Shown here: piece after piece, positions 46,162-54,616 of the stretch
How positions within the stretch are numbered: the first letter of the stretch is position 1
How the letters are laid out: every line of letters begins with the position of its first letter
DNA from: an uncultured virus (IMG/VR IMGVR_UViG_3300042560_002070)
Lineage: Duplodnaviria; Heunggongvirae; Uroviricota; Caudoviricetes
Length of the DNA: 64,000 nt
Virus record (IMG/VR): IMGVR_UViG_3300042560_002070
Direction: 5' to 3' (one strand)
The notes under the pieces: model-generated
Database searches by the model: none
What the model was told of the DNA's origin: nothing
The model's input: only the letters and a program-made list of their open reading frames with translations
Program-made: the position numbers and the translations under genes

Positions 46162-46228
46162 GATATATCGCCTTAAATGGGGACACCCGTTTGGGTTCTG
46201 AAGTTACTTCAGAGGGTGTAGATGTACA

Positions 46229-46441
46229 CTACCTTTTCTTTACAACTTCGAGATGGTGCACAAGATCATACCTATAGGTAAGCATCTTGCCCGACCACTT
46301 CACTTCGATCCAGCGATCGCCATAGGGTGAGTCCTTGGATATGACTTTACCCTTGGCTCGACCGATCGGCGATCCTCGCTTGGCTCTCATAAACTTCAGT
46401 GCTGCGTCCGTCAGACGTACAGTATTCCCTACGTTGGGCAT
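46229..46441 (-). CDS. Small SH3-like protein
   Basis: VGNTVRL, GKVI, VKW, LEVV. Confidence 0.65.
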   Translation of the reverse strand: MPNVGNTVRLTDAALKFMRAKRGSPIGRAKGKVISKDSPYGDRWIEVKWSGKMLTYRYDLVHHLEVVKKR

Positions 46442-46500
46442 ATAGTATCTCCGTGGAAAAAGAATAGAAAAGGGGAGCGTTGGTGCTGCACTTGCACCTG

Positions 46501-46920
46501 CTAACTAGCCGTCGATACCTTGGCTTGCGATGCGAGATTGACCAAAGCCCTACCTAGCATCTGGTAGTTGATTGGTACTTCGTCATAGTCGATCTTAATT
46601 TCGTCATAGTCGATCCTAATTTCATCGTAGTCGATCTCGATATCGCTGTAGTTGATCTCGATTTCGCTGTAGTTGATCTCGATCCATTCAGCGATGTCCT
46701 GAGCAGGTACGTTTGCTGCGATATCGCCAGGGTTGAGTGATTTGCCAAGCTTGGCGTAGTCAATTGCATCATTCTCTTGAATCGCTTCTGCAAGGGTTTG
46801 GTAATTTATCTTGACTTCCTTGACCTGTTCAGCCACCGCTGCCGAAACAGCAGCCTCGACCCGCTGACTAATCACCCTTGCCACCACTTCGTCAATCCAC
46901 TTGTTCATTCTCGCAAGCAT
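46501..46920 (-). CDS. Hypothetical protein with 7-aa tandem repeats
   Basis: EINYSEI/EIDYDEI-type repeats. Confidence 0.7.
   Translation of the reverse strand: MLARMNKWIDEVVARVISQRVEAAVSAAVAEQVKEVKINYQTLAEAIQENDAIDYAKLGKSLNPGDIAANVPAQDIAEWIEINYSEIEINYSDIEIDYDEIRIDYDEIKIDYDEVPINYQMLGRALVNLASQAKVSTAS
46560..46685 (-). repeat. 21-bp imperfect tandem repeats
   Basis: tcgtcatagtcgatc and tcgctgtagttgatc units. Confidence 0.75.
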
Positions 46921-46977
46921 ACATTTCCCTTTCGTTACACCGGAACATCTAGCAAACACCACATGGTGTCAGTACAT

Positions 46978-47010
46978 AAAAAAAGGGGAGCACATTTCTG
47001 TACTCCCCTC
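46978..47010 (-). terminator. Intrinsic terminator
   Basis: GGGGAGTACA GAAA TGTGCTCCCC TTTTTTT. Confidence 0.75.
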
Positions 47011-47038
47011 ACCTCACCCCTAGTAGCCACCACAACCA

Positions 47039-47320
47039 CTAGGATTCCACTGGCTCCGTCGCTTTCAGATAGTTATTAGCAGCGTTCATTAAGCTCTTTG
47101 CGTCATCTCGATTGATAAATAAACCTTTGTTTTTGTGTTCGTTTTCGTTTGCCTTGAGAACAGAGAGTATCAATCTAAATCCGTAGTCAGCAACCAACTC
47201 TTTATTGCAGTTGATTGTGACTGAGTTTCCCTGTTTATCAGTAAACTCAAAGTGATCTAAGCTCCAGCCAACCGAAGCATAAGTGCACTCAAACTCAACA
47301 GACTGTTTTACCTTAATCAT
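47039..47320 (-). CDS. Hypothetical protein
   Basis: 93 aa, RBS GAGGAG. Confidence 0.7.
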   Translation of the reverse strand: MIKVKQSVEFECTYASVGWSLDHFEFTDKQGNSVTINCNKELVADYGFRLILSVLKANENEHKNKGLFINRDDAKSLMNAANNYLKATEPVES

Positions 47321-47424
47321 TTCTTTCTCCTCGATAAGTAAACTAAAACACTTGGTTACTAGCGGCTCGCTTGCCCCACAAGCACCGGTATAAATAAACT
47401 TGGGGGCAGCGATCGACTCGCCAC

Positions 47425-47465
47425 CCCTATACCGCTGACCTCGAAAACTTTCCGCATCTTCAAGA
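47425..47465 (-). promoter_or_regulatory. Repeated promoter-like element, copy 3 of 7
   Basis: TCTTGAAGATGCGGAA-N16-GGTATAGGG then hairpin. Confidence 0.75.
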
Positions 47466-47500
47466 CGTATAGATCAGACTTTCATTTACTTATCAAGACA

Positions 47501-47728
47501 TTATCTAGCTCTACGATTGGCCCGTATCGCTTTGCGAAGTGCCTCAGAATTACCTGCTGGTACAATCTCAAGATAGCTGCCTGTCTTATGTGGCCAAGCC
47601 ATGAAGCCAACCACTCGCTCCACGGTAGAGCAACTCGCGCAGGAGTTAGTATCTGGTAATACCTGTAGTCGCTGCGCAGCGATGGGCTTTTGACAAGAGT
47701 TACATAACCTACGTTCTGTCTTTTTCAT
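47501..47728 (-). CDS. DksA/TraR-type C4 zinc-finger protein
   Basis: CNSCQKPIAAQRLQVLPDTNSCASC; start after AGGAG. Confidence 0.75.
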   Translation of the reverse strand: MKKTERRLCNSCQKPIAAQRLQVLPDTNSCASCSTVERVVGFMAWPHKTGSYLEIVPAGNSEALRKAIRANRRAR

Positions 47729-47763
47729 AGAAAACTCCTTGTGAGAATGAATCGAGCCTCCGC

Positions 47764-47804
47764 TCCCATACCACTGACCCACAGAATTTTCCGCATCTTC
47801 AAGA
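47764..47804 (-). promoter_or_regulatory. Repeated promoter-like element, copy 4 of 7
   Basis: TCTTGAAGATGCGGAA-N16-GGTATGGG. Confidence 0.75.
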
Positions 47805-47962
47805 ACATCTTGTCGGATAAGCAGTCTTTACTAATCAGACTGGCTGCTTAGTAAATCCCTATGTAAAGGTTGACCTATGCGTAAAAGTTAGGGTTTCCCT
47901 ATAGATATCTTTATTGTTGACGTTATCTAGCATCATCAACCGTCTGATTAGTTACATGTATA

Positions 47963-48003
47963 TCTTGATAATGCGGAAAATTTCGGTGCTCGCAGGACTA
48001 TGG
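47963..48003 (+). promoter_or_regulatory. Repeated promoter-like element, copy 5 of 7
   Basis: TCTTGATAATGCGGAA-N16-GGACTATGG then hairpin. Confidence 0.7.
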
Positions 48004-48055
48004 GTGATGGGGCACGCTGCCCCAGCCGTTAGTTTCAATCTTTGGAGTTACACTT

Positions 48056-48376
48056 ATGAGTAAAGTTGCTGCGAACTTCGCTGAGTTTGATGTTTTGTTG
48101 ACAGGCTTTTATTCTGGCATTGGCGGTGTCCGTACCGTTACTCTTACAGAAGACGAGGGCTTCGACATGTCGATGCTCGACCCGAAGGATAAGACTGATG
48201 TCATGGCCCTGCTTGATTTGATCTTTAAGTATGGGCAAAACGATTTCCAGCCCAGAGATTGCCGGTCTGTTTCCGTTGGCGACATCATTCTTGTCAAGCT
48301 AAACAAAAAGGATTGCCCGCTGCGATTCTATAAAGTCCAGAGTTCTGGTTTCCTTTTACTTCGCCGTTCGAGATAG
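48056..48376 (+). CDS. YodL-like domain protein
   Basis: RSVSVGDII, FYKV, GF motif. Confidence 0.6.
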   Translation: MSKVAANFAEFDVLLTGFYSGIGGVRTVTLTEDEGFDMSMLDPKDKTDVMALLDLIFKYGQNDFQPRDCRSVSVGDIILVKLNKKDCPLRFYKVQSSGFLLLRRSR

Positions 48377-48401
48377 ATAGGTAGATCAAGGTATATAGAT
48401 A

Positions 48402-48442
48402 TCTTGATAATGCGGAAAATTTTCGCCGTTGTCGGTACATGG
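48402..48442 (+). promoter_or_regulatory. Repeated promoter-like element, copy 6 of 7
   Basis: TCTTGATAATGCGGAA-N16-GGTACATGG then 12-bp GC hairpin and T7. Confidence 0.75.
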
Positions 48443-48493
48443 GTGGCGGGGCACTTCGCTCCGCTGCCCTTTTTTTATTAGGAGTATGCATTT

Positions 48494-49054
48494 ATGCACC
48501 GTTACAAGAATGACGACTCGGTTTTGGCGGACATGGACTACGTTGGCTTAGTCAATAAGACTAATTACCATCCCATCGTGAAAGAGATGATGATCGAGCA
48601 ACTCAAGAAAGTTGTTCCTGCTCCCGAAAAAGTGAAGGCCCCACAGCACCAGGTATACAAGTTCAAAAAAGGTGATTGGACTTATACCATTGGCTGGAGC
48701 GTCTCCAAGATCACCGTCGAGAACGACAAGGTTATCTACGATCGAGACACTAACACCCGCGAAGTAGTTACCGAGCCTCGCAAAATCCGCATTCAACAAG
48801 CGGTTATGATTTGTACCCATAGCAATGGCCACCAATCCATGCGACGACTCACTGCGATTCCTCGACGTATCAAGGTTCGTGGTAAATTCAAGATTCAACT
48901 TAAGAAAACCTTTACCGATTGCCGTCAAGGTGGCCTTGGCTCCGGTCTTGATAAACACCAGTTAGCCAAGACGCTCCCTGGCAAACTCACCAAACGAGAG
49001 CGAACACTACTGGTCAGTTGGTTGATCTTCGCTCACAGTCAGATCAGAAGCTAG
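48494..49054 (+). CDS. Hypothetical basic protein
   Basis: 186 aa, RBS AGGAG. Confidence 0.75.
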   Translation: MHRYKNDDSVLADMDYVGLVNKTNYHPIVKEMMIEQLKKVVPAPEKVKAPQHQVYKFKKGDWTYTIGWSVSKITVENDKVIYDRDTNTREVVTEPRKIRIQQAVMICTHSNGHQSMRRLTAIPRRIKVRGKFKIQLKKTFTDCRQGGLGSGLDKHQLAKTLPGKLTKRERTLLVSWLIFAHSQIRS

Positions 49055-49212
49055 TTCGTAGGGCGACGGAGCCAGTCATCTGTAAAGGTGCTGGCTCTGT
49101 TTCCCTATGCGCGCGATAAAGGTCAGATCATCTGACTGACTGTAAAGGTTCTCCCTATTGAGCCTGGCTGCCGCATTTCCCTATGCGCCTGATAAAATCA
49201 GACAAACAGTTA

Positions 49213-49253
49213 TCTTGATAATGCCGAAAATTTTTGGCCAAATCGGTATAGGG
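49213..49253 (+). promoter_or_regulatory. Repeated promoter-like element, copy 7 of 7
   Basis: TCTTGATAATGCCGAA-N16-GGTATAGGG. Confidence 0.75.
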
Positions 49254-49349
49254 TGGCGGACTTGACAACGTCGAAACGCCGATATACTCAGTAGTCCGAA
49301 CCCAACGTAGGGACGGCACGACAACGACACTAGCAGAGAGGACAGACCA

Positions 49350-49784
49350 ATGAAGACAAGGGGCAGGATTGCCCGCATGAGACGGATTGACCGGATCGAC
49401 TTGGAATTGACGATCCAAGCCTACATGAAAGCAGGTTTAAAGGAGCCCCAAGCAGTCCGAGAGAGCCTAAAGGCACTAGGCCGAAACACTGGCTCAAAGA
49501 AACAGAGACCACTTGACCGAGACTTCCCACAAACAACGGAGGAAGATTACCCACAAACACCAATCGAAGAGTATCGAATAGACCATATCAACGGTCTGAA
49601 GATTCGCTTTGCAATGGCGAAACGATACCCGCAAGCCTACCGCCGGTGGAAAGACAACCCCACCGACCGGAGAGCGCTGAAGGTAGCGACACTAGTCGCG
49701 ACACTCATCGCAGACGATTTAGACGAACCATATCGGACTGCTGCGAAACGTATCGCGGCAGCAAAGACAGTCAAACGAAGTTAA
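49350..49784 (+). CDS. Hypothetical basic protein
   Basis: 144 aa, RBS GAGGA. Confidence 0.65.
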   Translation: MKTRGRIARMRRIDRIDLELTIQAYMKAGLKEPQAVRESLKALGRNTGSKKQRPLDRDFPQTTEEDYPQTPIEEYRIDHINGLKIRFAMAKRYPQAYRRWKDNPTDRRALKVATLVATLIADDLDEPYRTAAKRIAAAKTVKRS

Positions 49785-49805
49785 TACACACAAGGACAAC
49801 TTAAG

Positions 49806-50306
49806 ATGTTCACGTTAAAGCAAATCGCAGATCTTCAAGCAGCCGGTGAAATTAGCATGACCGAGGCCGTCAAACTTCGCATTGAAGCGCGACAAGCCTT
49901 AGAGACAGGAAAGACAACCAAGCAGCCAGCCAAGCAGCAGCAGAAGAAGCAGCCAGCAGCAGCCGATGAAGAAGCAGACATCGAAGCGCCACCGAAGAAG
50001 AAACCCGCAGCAAAGCAGCCAGCCAAGCAGGCGAAACCCGCAGCGAAGCAGCAGCAGCAGAAGAAGCAGCCAGCAGCAGAAGCAGCCCGAAGCGAAGTCA
50101 TCAAGCTTGACATCCCAGGAGCGGAGGATATCGAGTACTGTCCGACCGCAGTAATTTACCTAGGGCCAGGGAAATACGAGGGAACGCACTGTTTCAAGAT
50201 CGGCCGAGAATACGCCGTCCGCAGCGTCGACGTTTGGAATCACTTGGCCGATGAACTGTACAGCGAACGAGTTGGGGCGTTCATCCGAGACATGATCGCA
50301 GAGTGA
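49806..50306 (+). CDS. Protein with K/Q/P/A-rich histone-H1-like linker
   Basis: KQPAKQ repeats; RBS AAGGA. Confidence 0.75.
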   Translation: MFTLKQIADLQAAGEISMTEAVKLRIEARQALETGKTTKQPAKQQQKKQPAAADEEADIEAPPKKKPAAKQPAKQAKPAAKQQQQKKQPAAEAARSEVIKLDIPGAEDIEYCPTAVIYLGPGKYEGTHCFKIGREYAVRSVDVWNHLADELYSERVGAFIRDMIAE

Positions 50307-50337
50307 GCAGCAGCTTGACAGCTTGACGACCGACACG

Positions 50338-50370
50338 GCGCCGGAGGGGAAACCTTTCGGCGCTTTTTTT
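50338..50370 (+). terminator. Intrinsic terminator
   Basis: GCGCCGGAGG...CCTTTCGGCGC TTTTTTT. Confidence 0.8.
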
Positions 50371-50721
50371 GTTTAATGGTTTTCAATTTACAAAACGTCA
50401 AACCAGATACCTACCGGAAAAATAGCAAACAACGTAAACCGTTACAGAGCAAGGACTTAGAGACGACAGGGGGTGCTAGACCCCCAGAGCATCCGAGGGG
50501 ACGTAGTCTCTTCCCCTTCCGGATTTTTACACTCTATAGAATCTGGCCCCCTTTGTGGCGTAGTCGTTATTTAGATGGCGATGACCGGGGAAGTTAATGA
50601 TTGATCCTTGCTTCTACTTTTTCTTTTCGTTAGCATTGAGGTAGTTAAGTCCCTACGTATTGGCTACCTTACATGCTTATAGGAGCCAGGAAGTCGCGTA
50701 CACTCCTCGGATAGGTGTTTT

Positions 50722-51036
50722 ATGGTGAAGGTTGGAGACGAGTTAGCTTTTAGGCTTGGTTTTTCTGGGAACTACGTCATTCGTAGGGTTGAGAAGATTA
50801 CGCCGAGTGGTCGGATTAAGTGTGGTTCTTATGAGCTTAATGCGGATTTGAGTGTTCGGGGTAAGGTTGCTCGTGGTTGCTGGGGGCCATATCGTGCGGA
50901 GCCAGTGACGGCGGAGATACGTGAGAATGTTGAGCGGAATAAGCTTCTGGCTCGTGTTACGAATGCGAATTGGTTTAGTTTGGATACGGTGTCACTTGGT
51001 TTGGTGGTGAGTATCTTGGATATGGAGGAGAAGTGA
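50722..51036 (+). CDS. Hypothetical phage protein
   Basis: VKVGD and VEKITPSGRI pattern. Confidence 0.7.
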   Translation: MVKVGDELAFRLGFSGNYVIRRVEKITPSGRIKCGSYELNADLSVRGKVARGCWGPYRAEPVTAEIRENVERNKLLARVTNANWFSLDTVSLGLVVSILDMEEK

Positions 51037-51539
51037 TGGATAGGACATTTGCTGGATTTTGGCGTGATGGGGCGGAGGTGCAACCGGAAGGCAAGCACTT
51101 TGATTCGGATTGCATGATTATTGCTAAGCACAAAGACACTAAAGAGTTAGATATTTGCAATATTGTTTATAAAGGCTGGGAAAGCGTCTACTGGCTAGAC
51201 ACAACAACGCCTACGGAACTCTCTCCACAAGAGGCGTTTGAGTTGCTGAAGGTAATCAATCCGGATACTGAAAAAATCGAAGATGATAGTGGTAATTGGG
51301 TTTCAATCAATCCAGGTTCCGACATCATCAACTGGGGCAACACTACTGAGTATCCGTCAAAGCAATGCTGGCGAGTGCCAACCGATGCGGACAAGAAGAA
51401 GAAGTGTCGAGTCAGCAATGACAACGATTGCTTTTTCATGGAACTAACCTTTATTGCAACATTTAACGGTGTTTACATTGTTGCAAATAATGAGCACAAA
51501 ATTACATGCTGGAATTATTGTGAGGTCTTGGATTCCTAG
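51033..51539 (+). CDS. Hypothetical phage protein
   Basis: GTGA overlap; WRVPTDAD...WNYCEV module. Confidence 0.7.
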   Translation: MMDRTFAGFWRDGAEVQPEGKHFDSDCMIIAKHKDTKELDICNIVYKGWESVYWLDTTTPTELSPQEAFELLKVINPDTEKIEDDSGNWVSINPGSDIINWGNTTEYPSKQCWRVPTDADKKKKCRVSNDNDCFFMELTFIATFNGVYIVANNEHKITCWNYCEVLDS

Positions 51540-51808
51540 TGCCCTGGCAGTAGCGTAGGTAGTGCATACAATACCCCCTCTTTTGTCAAAATGTGCGATA
51601 TTTGCAGGGAAAAGTGTGGTTGCTCCACCGTATGGATAGAGTGATTTTTAATGAAAATACCCTGTTATTCGTTACAAGGCTTGCTTTTGGGTTGGGGAAG
51701 TGGGTTTTTGCTTGACTGTAGGGTAGGGATAACGCTACGATAGGCTGTCACTACTGGCTTTTGGCTGTTTGGGTGGTGTGTTGGCTGTAGGGATAGAAGA
51801 GGAAGTGT

Positions 51809-52318
51809 ATGGCTGAGTACGTAGAGCGATATTGGCGAGATGCTAAGAGGGTAGATGCGATTGCGGAGCAGCCAATGGTGGCTAGGTTCCGTGATCAGGA
51901 GTGGGATAAGTGGTATCAGAGTCAGCTTTATGGTTGGGAGCGTGGTGATACGCATTGCTGGGAGAGTCGCAATGGTCACGGCTGGCGAATGTGTCAGGTG
52001 TATGTCGCTCCCGACCCAGGTGAGGGTTGGGTGCTACTTGATCCGGACAAGGATAAGCCAGCGGAAGGTGATGAGTGCTGGGATTCCATGGACCGAAAAT
52101 GGCGAAACAGATTCCTTGAGTCGAATCCGTTCCATCCTACTGGTTTCTATCGTCGCCGCATTAAGCCGAACATTCTGGAAACTCAGAATAGTTGCGAGGA
52201 AAAAGAATACATCTATCGTCCAAAAGGTGGTGATGAAGTCGTTTTTCCTAGTGGACTTCGAGTACTCGTGACCGAGAAAGGCTTTGAGGTAAGGCAATGT
52301 AAGGAGAGTGCAAGATGA
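51809..52318 (+). CDS. Hypothetical phage protein with PDPGEGW...RRRI module
   Basis: RBS GAGGA; Trp-rich modules. Confidence 0.75.
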   Translation: MAEYVERYWRDAKRVDAIAEQPMVARFRDQEWDKWYQSQLYGWERGDTHCWESRNGHGWRMCQVYVAPDPGEGWVLLDPDKDKPAEGDECWDSMDRKWRNRFLESNPFHPTGFYRRRIKPNILETQNSCEEKEYIYRPKGGDEVVFPSGLRVLVTEKGFEVRQCKESAR

Positions 52319-52833
52319 AGCTTGAGGTGGGCAGGAAGTACAAGCGACATTCAGATATCGTTGAAGTTAAGTTCGTCGATTGCGATGGCGACGGCTGGGG
52401 ATTATCAACAAATGGTATCTGCAAATGTGTCATCTTAGATTATGGTTGGGAAGAAGTCACCGACAAACCCGACCCTGGCGAAGGTTGGAGATTGCTAGAA
52501 CCGGATGAGGAGGTGCATGTTGGCGATGAATGGTTTGGCCCGGCATGGGGCAAGTGGATAGCTACTGTCTCTAAAGGATTTAAGCCTAACCAATATACAA
52601 ACCTCACATTTCGTCGCCGCATCGCTCCGCAGTACGTGCCCTACACTTGGGACGATAGAGAGGAGCTGAGGGGACGGTGGTATCGACCGAAGGACAAGAA
52701 GCAGCATGAGCGTCAAGTTACTACATTTAATGTATATGAATACAATTTTTTGATTAACGGATGGACAGCAGAGCGTTTTTTGAAAAATTACGAATGGATC
52801 GACGGTAGCCCATGCGGAAAGAGGGTGGTGTAG
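52315..52833 (+). CDS. Hypothetical phage protein with PDPGEGW...RRRI module
   Basis: ATGA overlap; shares module with upstream gene. Confidence 0.75.
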   Translation: MKLEVGRKYKRHSDIVEVKFVDCDGDGWGLSTNGICKCVILDYGWEEVTDKPDPGEGWRLLEPDEEVHVGDEWFGPAWGKWIATVSKGFKPNQYTNLTFRRRIAPQYVPYTWDDREELRGRWYRPKDKKQHERQVTTFNVYEYNFLINGWTAERFLKNYEWIDGSPCGKRVV

Positions 52834-52835
52834 TT

Positions 52836-53183
52836 ATGACGATGCCGCATTTGATGAATTGCGACCATTCTGATTCGGGATGGTGCTTGGATTGCGTAAA
52901 GAAATTGCAAGATCAATGGGAAGAAAAAGTCAATCTGGCAACCTCTTGCCGATTACAGCATACCGGCGAGGAATGTAAGGTCATCGGTGAGCTTGTCAGT
53001 TATCTCGAAGCTTGGTCAGGATCAACAGATTGTCGCGATTTGGTGCTCGATGGAAAGCTAGAGGTTTATTGGAACGATAGTGTCATGGGTACAATCGAAG
53101 GCGATGGTGACGGTAGCTTTAACTATCATCCTCTCGCATTCGGTCAGCGTGGCCAAAACGAACGACACGGTAAAAACATTTAA
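52836..53183 (+). CDS. Hypothetical protein ending at an attC-like site
   Basis: MPHLMNCDH...WCLDCV N-terminus; stop immediately before CGATAAC. Confidence 0.7.
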   Translation: MTMPHLMNCDHSDSGWCLDCVKKLQDQWEEKVNLATSCRLQHTGEECKVIGELVSYLEAWSGSTDCRDLVLDGKLEVYWNDSVMGTIEGDGDGSFNYHPLAFGQRGQNERHGKNI

Positions 53184-53273
53184 CGATAACGCAATGCGTA
53201 ACCGAGTCGCCGCCGGTAAACTCTCCATTTCAATAACCGTTGTCGGCGACTTCGGTACAACATTTTGTTCTCT
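53184..53273 (+). other. attC-like recombination site, intact
   Basis: CGATAAC...GTTCTCT ends; ACCGAGTCGCCG / CGGCGACTTCGGT inverted repeat with an extrahelical base. Confidence 0.65.
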
Positions 53274-53356
53274 GGCTTTTCGGACGGAGGACAAGGAAAG
53301 ACGTTAGGTAAAAGCATGTATTGTCCACCACCAGAAAAGAAGGAAGTTAGATACCG

Positions 53357-53854
53357 ATGAAAACAGTAGGCGACATTATTGATTTGATTTTGAGCAACCA
53401 AAAGTCTCAGGACGAACTAGGGCACCATGCGTTGCATTTGATGGACGCACGCGAAGCTGGCAGCACAACCGAAATTGGATTGGATGAAGTGCCGCGAGAA
53501 ACGCCAATCGAAGAGGTTGAGCATCATCACGTTCGGCGTGGGTGCAAGTGCTACAAGTTCGCGTATGACATGGGCGGTCGACTTGGAGCTATTCCGTTCA
53601 AAGATGCGTTCGCGAAGTACGGCGAAGTCAGCGTGCGAACAGGCAAGCACGGAACGGAATTGTATATCGTCGGTGATTCGAGCGACGTTGACGGACGCGA
53701 CGAGAACACGATTTACGTGATTGTTGGAAAGCACACGAACCGCAAGACCGGCGAAGAACTGGACGCAGTGTTTACGTGGCACCCAGGCGAGCCAATGCCA
53801 ACGCTCGAAGACGGAATCACGAACGAAACCGCCGTCAAAGTGGACATCGCCTAA
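53357..53854 (+). CDS. Hypothetical protein in putative integron cassette
   Basis: 165 aa; VFTWHPGEP motif; flanked by attC-like sites. Confidence 0.75.
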   Translation: MKTVGDIIDLILSNQKSQDELGHHALHLMDAREAGSTTEIGLDEVPRETPIEEVEHHHVRRGCKCYKFAYDMGGRLGAIPFKDAFAKYGEVSVRTGKHGTELYIVGDSSDVDGRDENTIYVIVGKHTNRKTGEELDAVFTWHPGEPMPTLEDGITNETAVKVDIA

Positions 53855-53859
53855 AGTCC

Positions 53860-53942
53860 AAAGAACGCACAAAATCACCGTGTTACCGCCGGTGAGTATC
53901 GTTGAGGAAACAGCCGGACGGCAACTCCGGTGCATTTTTTTA
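53860..53942 (+). other. attC-like site with damaged right end
   Basis: AAAGAAC, then AAAATCACCGTGTTACCGCCGG / CCGGACGGCAACTCCGGTGCATTTT. Confidence 0.55.
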
Positions 53943-53981
53943 GGTGATGAAAGCACGAAAACAATTTGGAGAGGTGGTGTG

Positions 53982-54197
53982 ATGAGTGACAACAACGAAC
54001 AAGCGTTTCCGAGCGACCGTTTTTCGGAGACAGGCATGACTCTCCGAGATTACTTTGCCGCAAAAGCAATGGCAGCGATGCTGTCGATTGAGCAAGTGCA
54101 TCTGGATCACGGCGAAACAGAGATTGCAACGTGGGCGTATCAACAGGCCGAAGCGATGATGGAAGCACGAAAACAAAAGAAAGATGAGGTGGTGTGA
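53982..54197 (+). CDS. Phage protein of the GMTLRDYFAAKAM family
   Basis: AFP, GMTLRDYFAAKAM, AY..AEAMMEAR; RBS GAGGTG. Confidence 0.8.
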   Translation: MSDNNEQAFPSDRFSETGMTLRDYFAAKAMAAMLSIEQVHLDHGETEIATWAYQQAEAMMEARKQKKDEVV

Positions 54198-54514
54198 TGA
54201 GTGAGAATAGGCTGCTAGTGAAAATGAGGTTTAGTTATCGCAACCGTGACGGCTCGGAGCGATCAACTATGCGTGCGGAAAAGCGTTTTATTGAAGAGTT
54301 CGTTCCGCAAGCAGGGACTGCAATTCGAGTTGAAAGCGAAACATGCGAGGTTCGCGGAAGGGTTTCTGATGTATGGTGGAGAACCCAAGCCGAGTCAGAC
54401 AAGATAATCGTTCACACCGATGAGCAATTTTACTCTGATGGGAATGTCGACGAATCTAAGAGGGAGCATATCGAATTGCTGGAAGCGAATGGATGGACGG
54501 TCTCATCTCGATAA
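54194..54514 (+). CDS. Hypothetical protein
   Basis: 106 aa; stop codon lies within CGATAAC. Confidence 0.7.
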   Translation: MMSENRLLVKMRFSYRNRDGSERSTMRAEKRFIEEFVPQAGTAIRVESETCEVRGRVSDVWWRTQAESDKIIVHTDEQFYSDGNVDESKREHIELLEANGWTVSSR

Positions 54515-54616
54515 CTCTTGCTTTCACCGACTCGAAAGGAAATAGGTAAACACGATGGGTAACAACAGCGACAATTGAGCATAGATGGGCTCAGGTATAT
54601 CTGAGAAGGATGACAG

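Noticed and set aside
39972..49253. CRISPR array
   Set aside because: Copies are hundreds to thousands of bases apart, in both orientations, separated by genes; no cas genes
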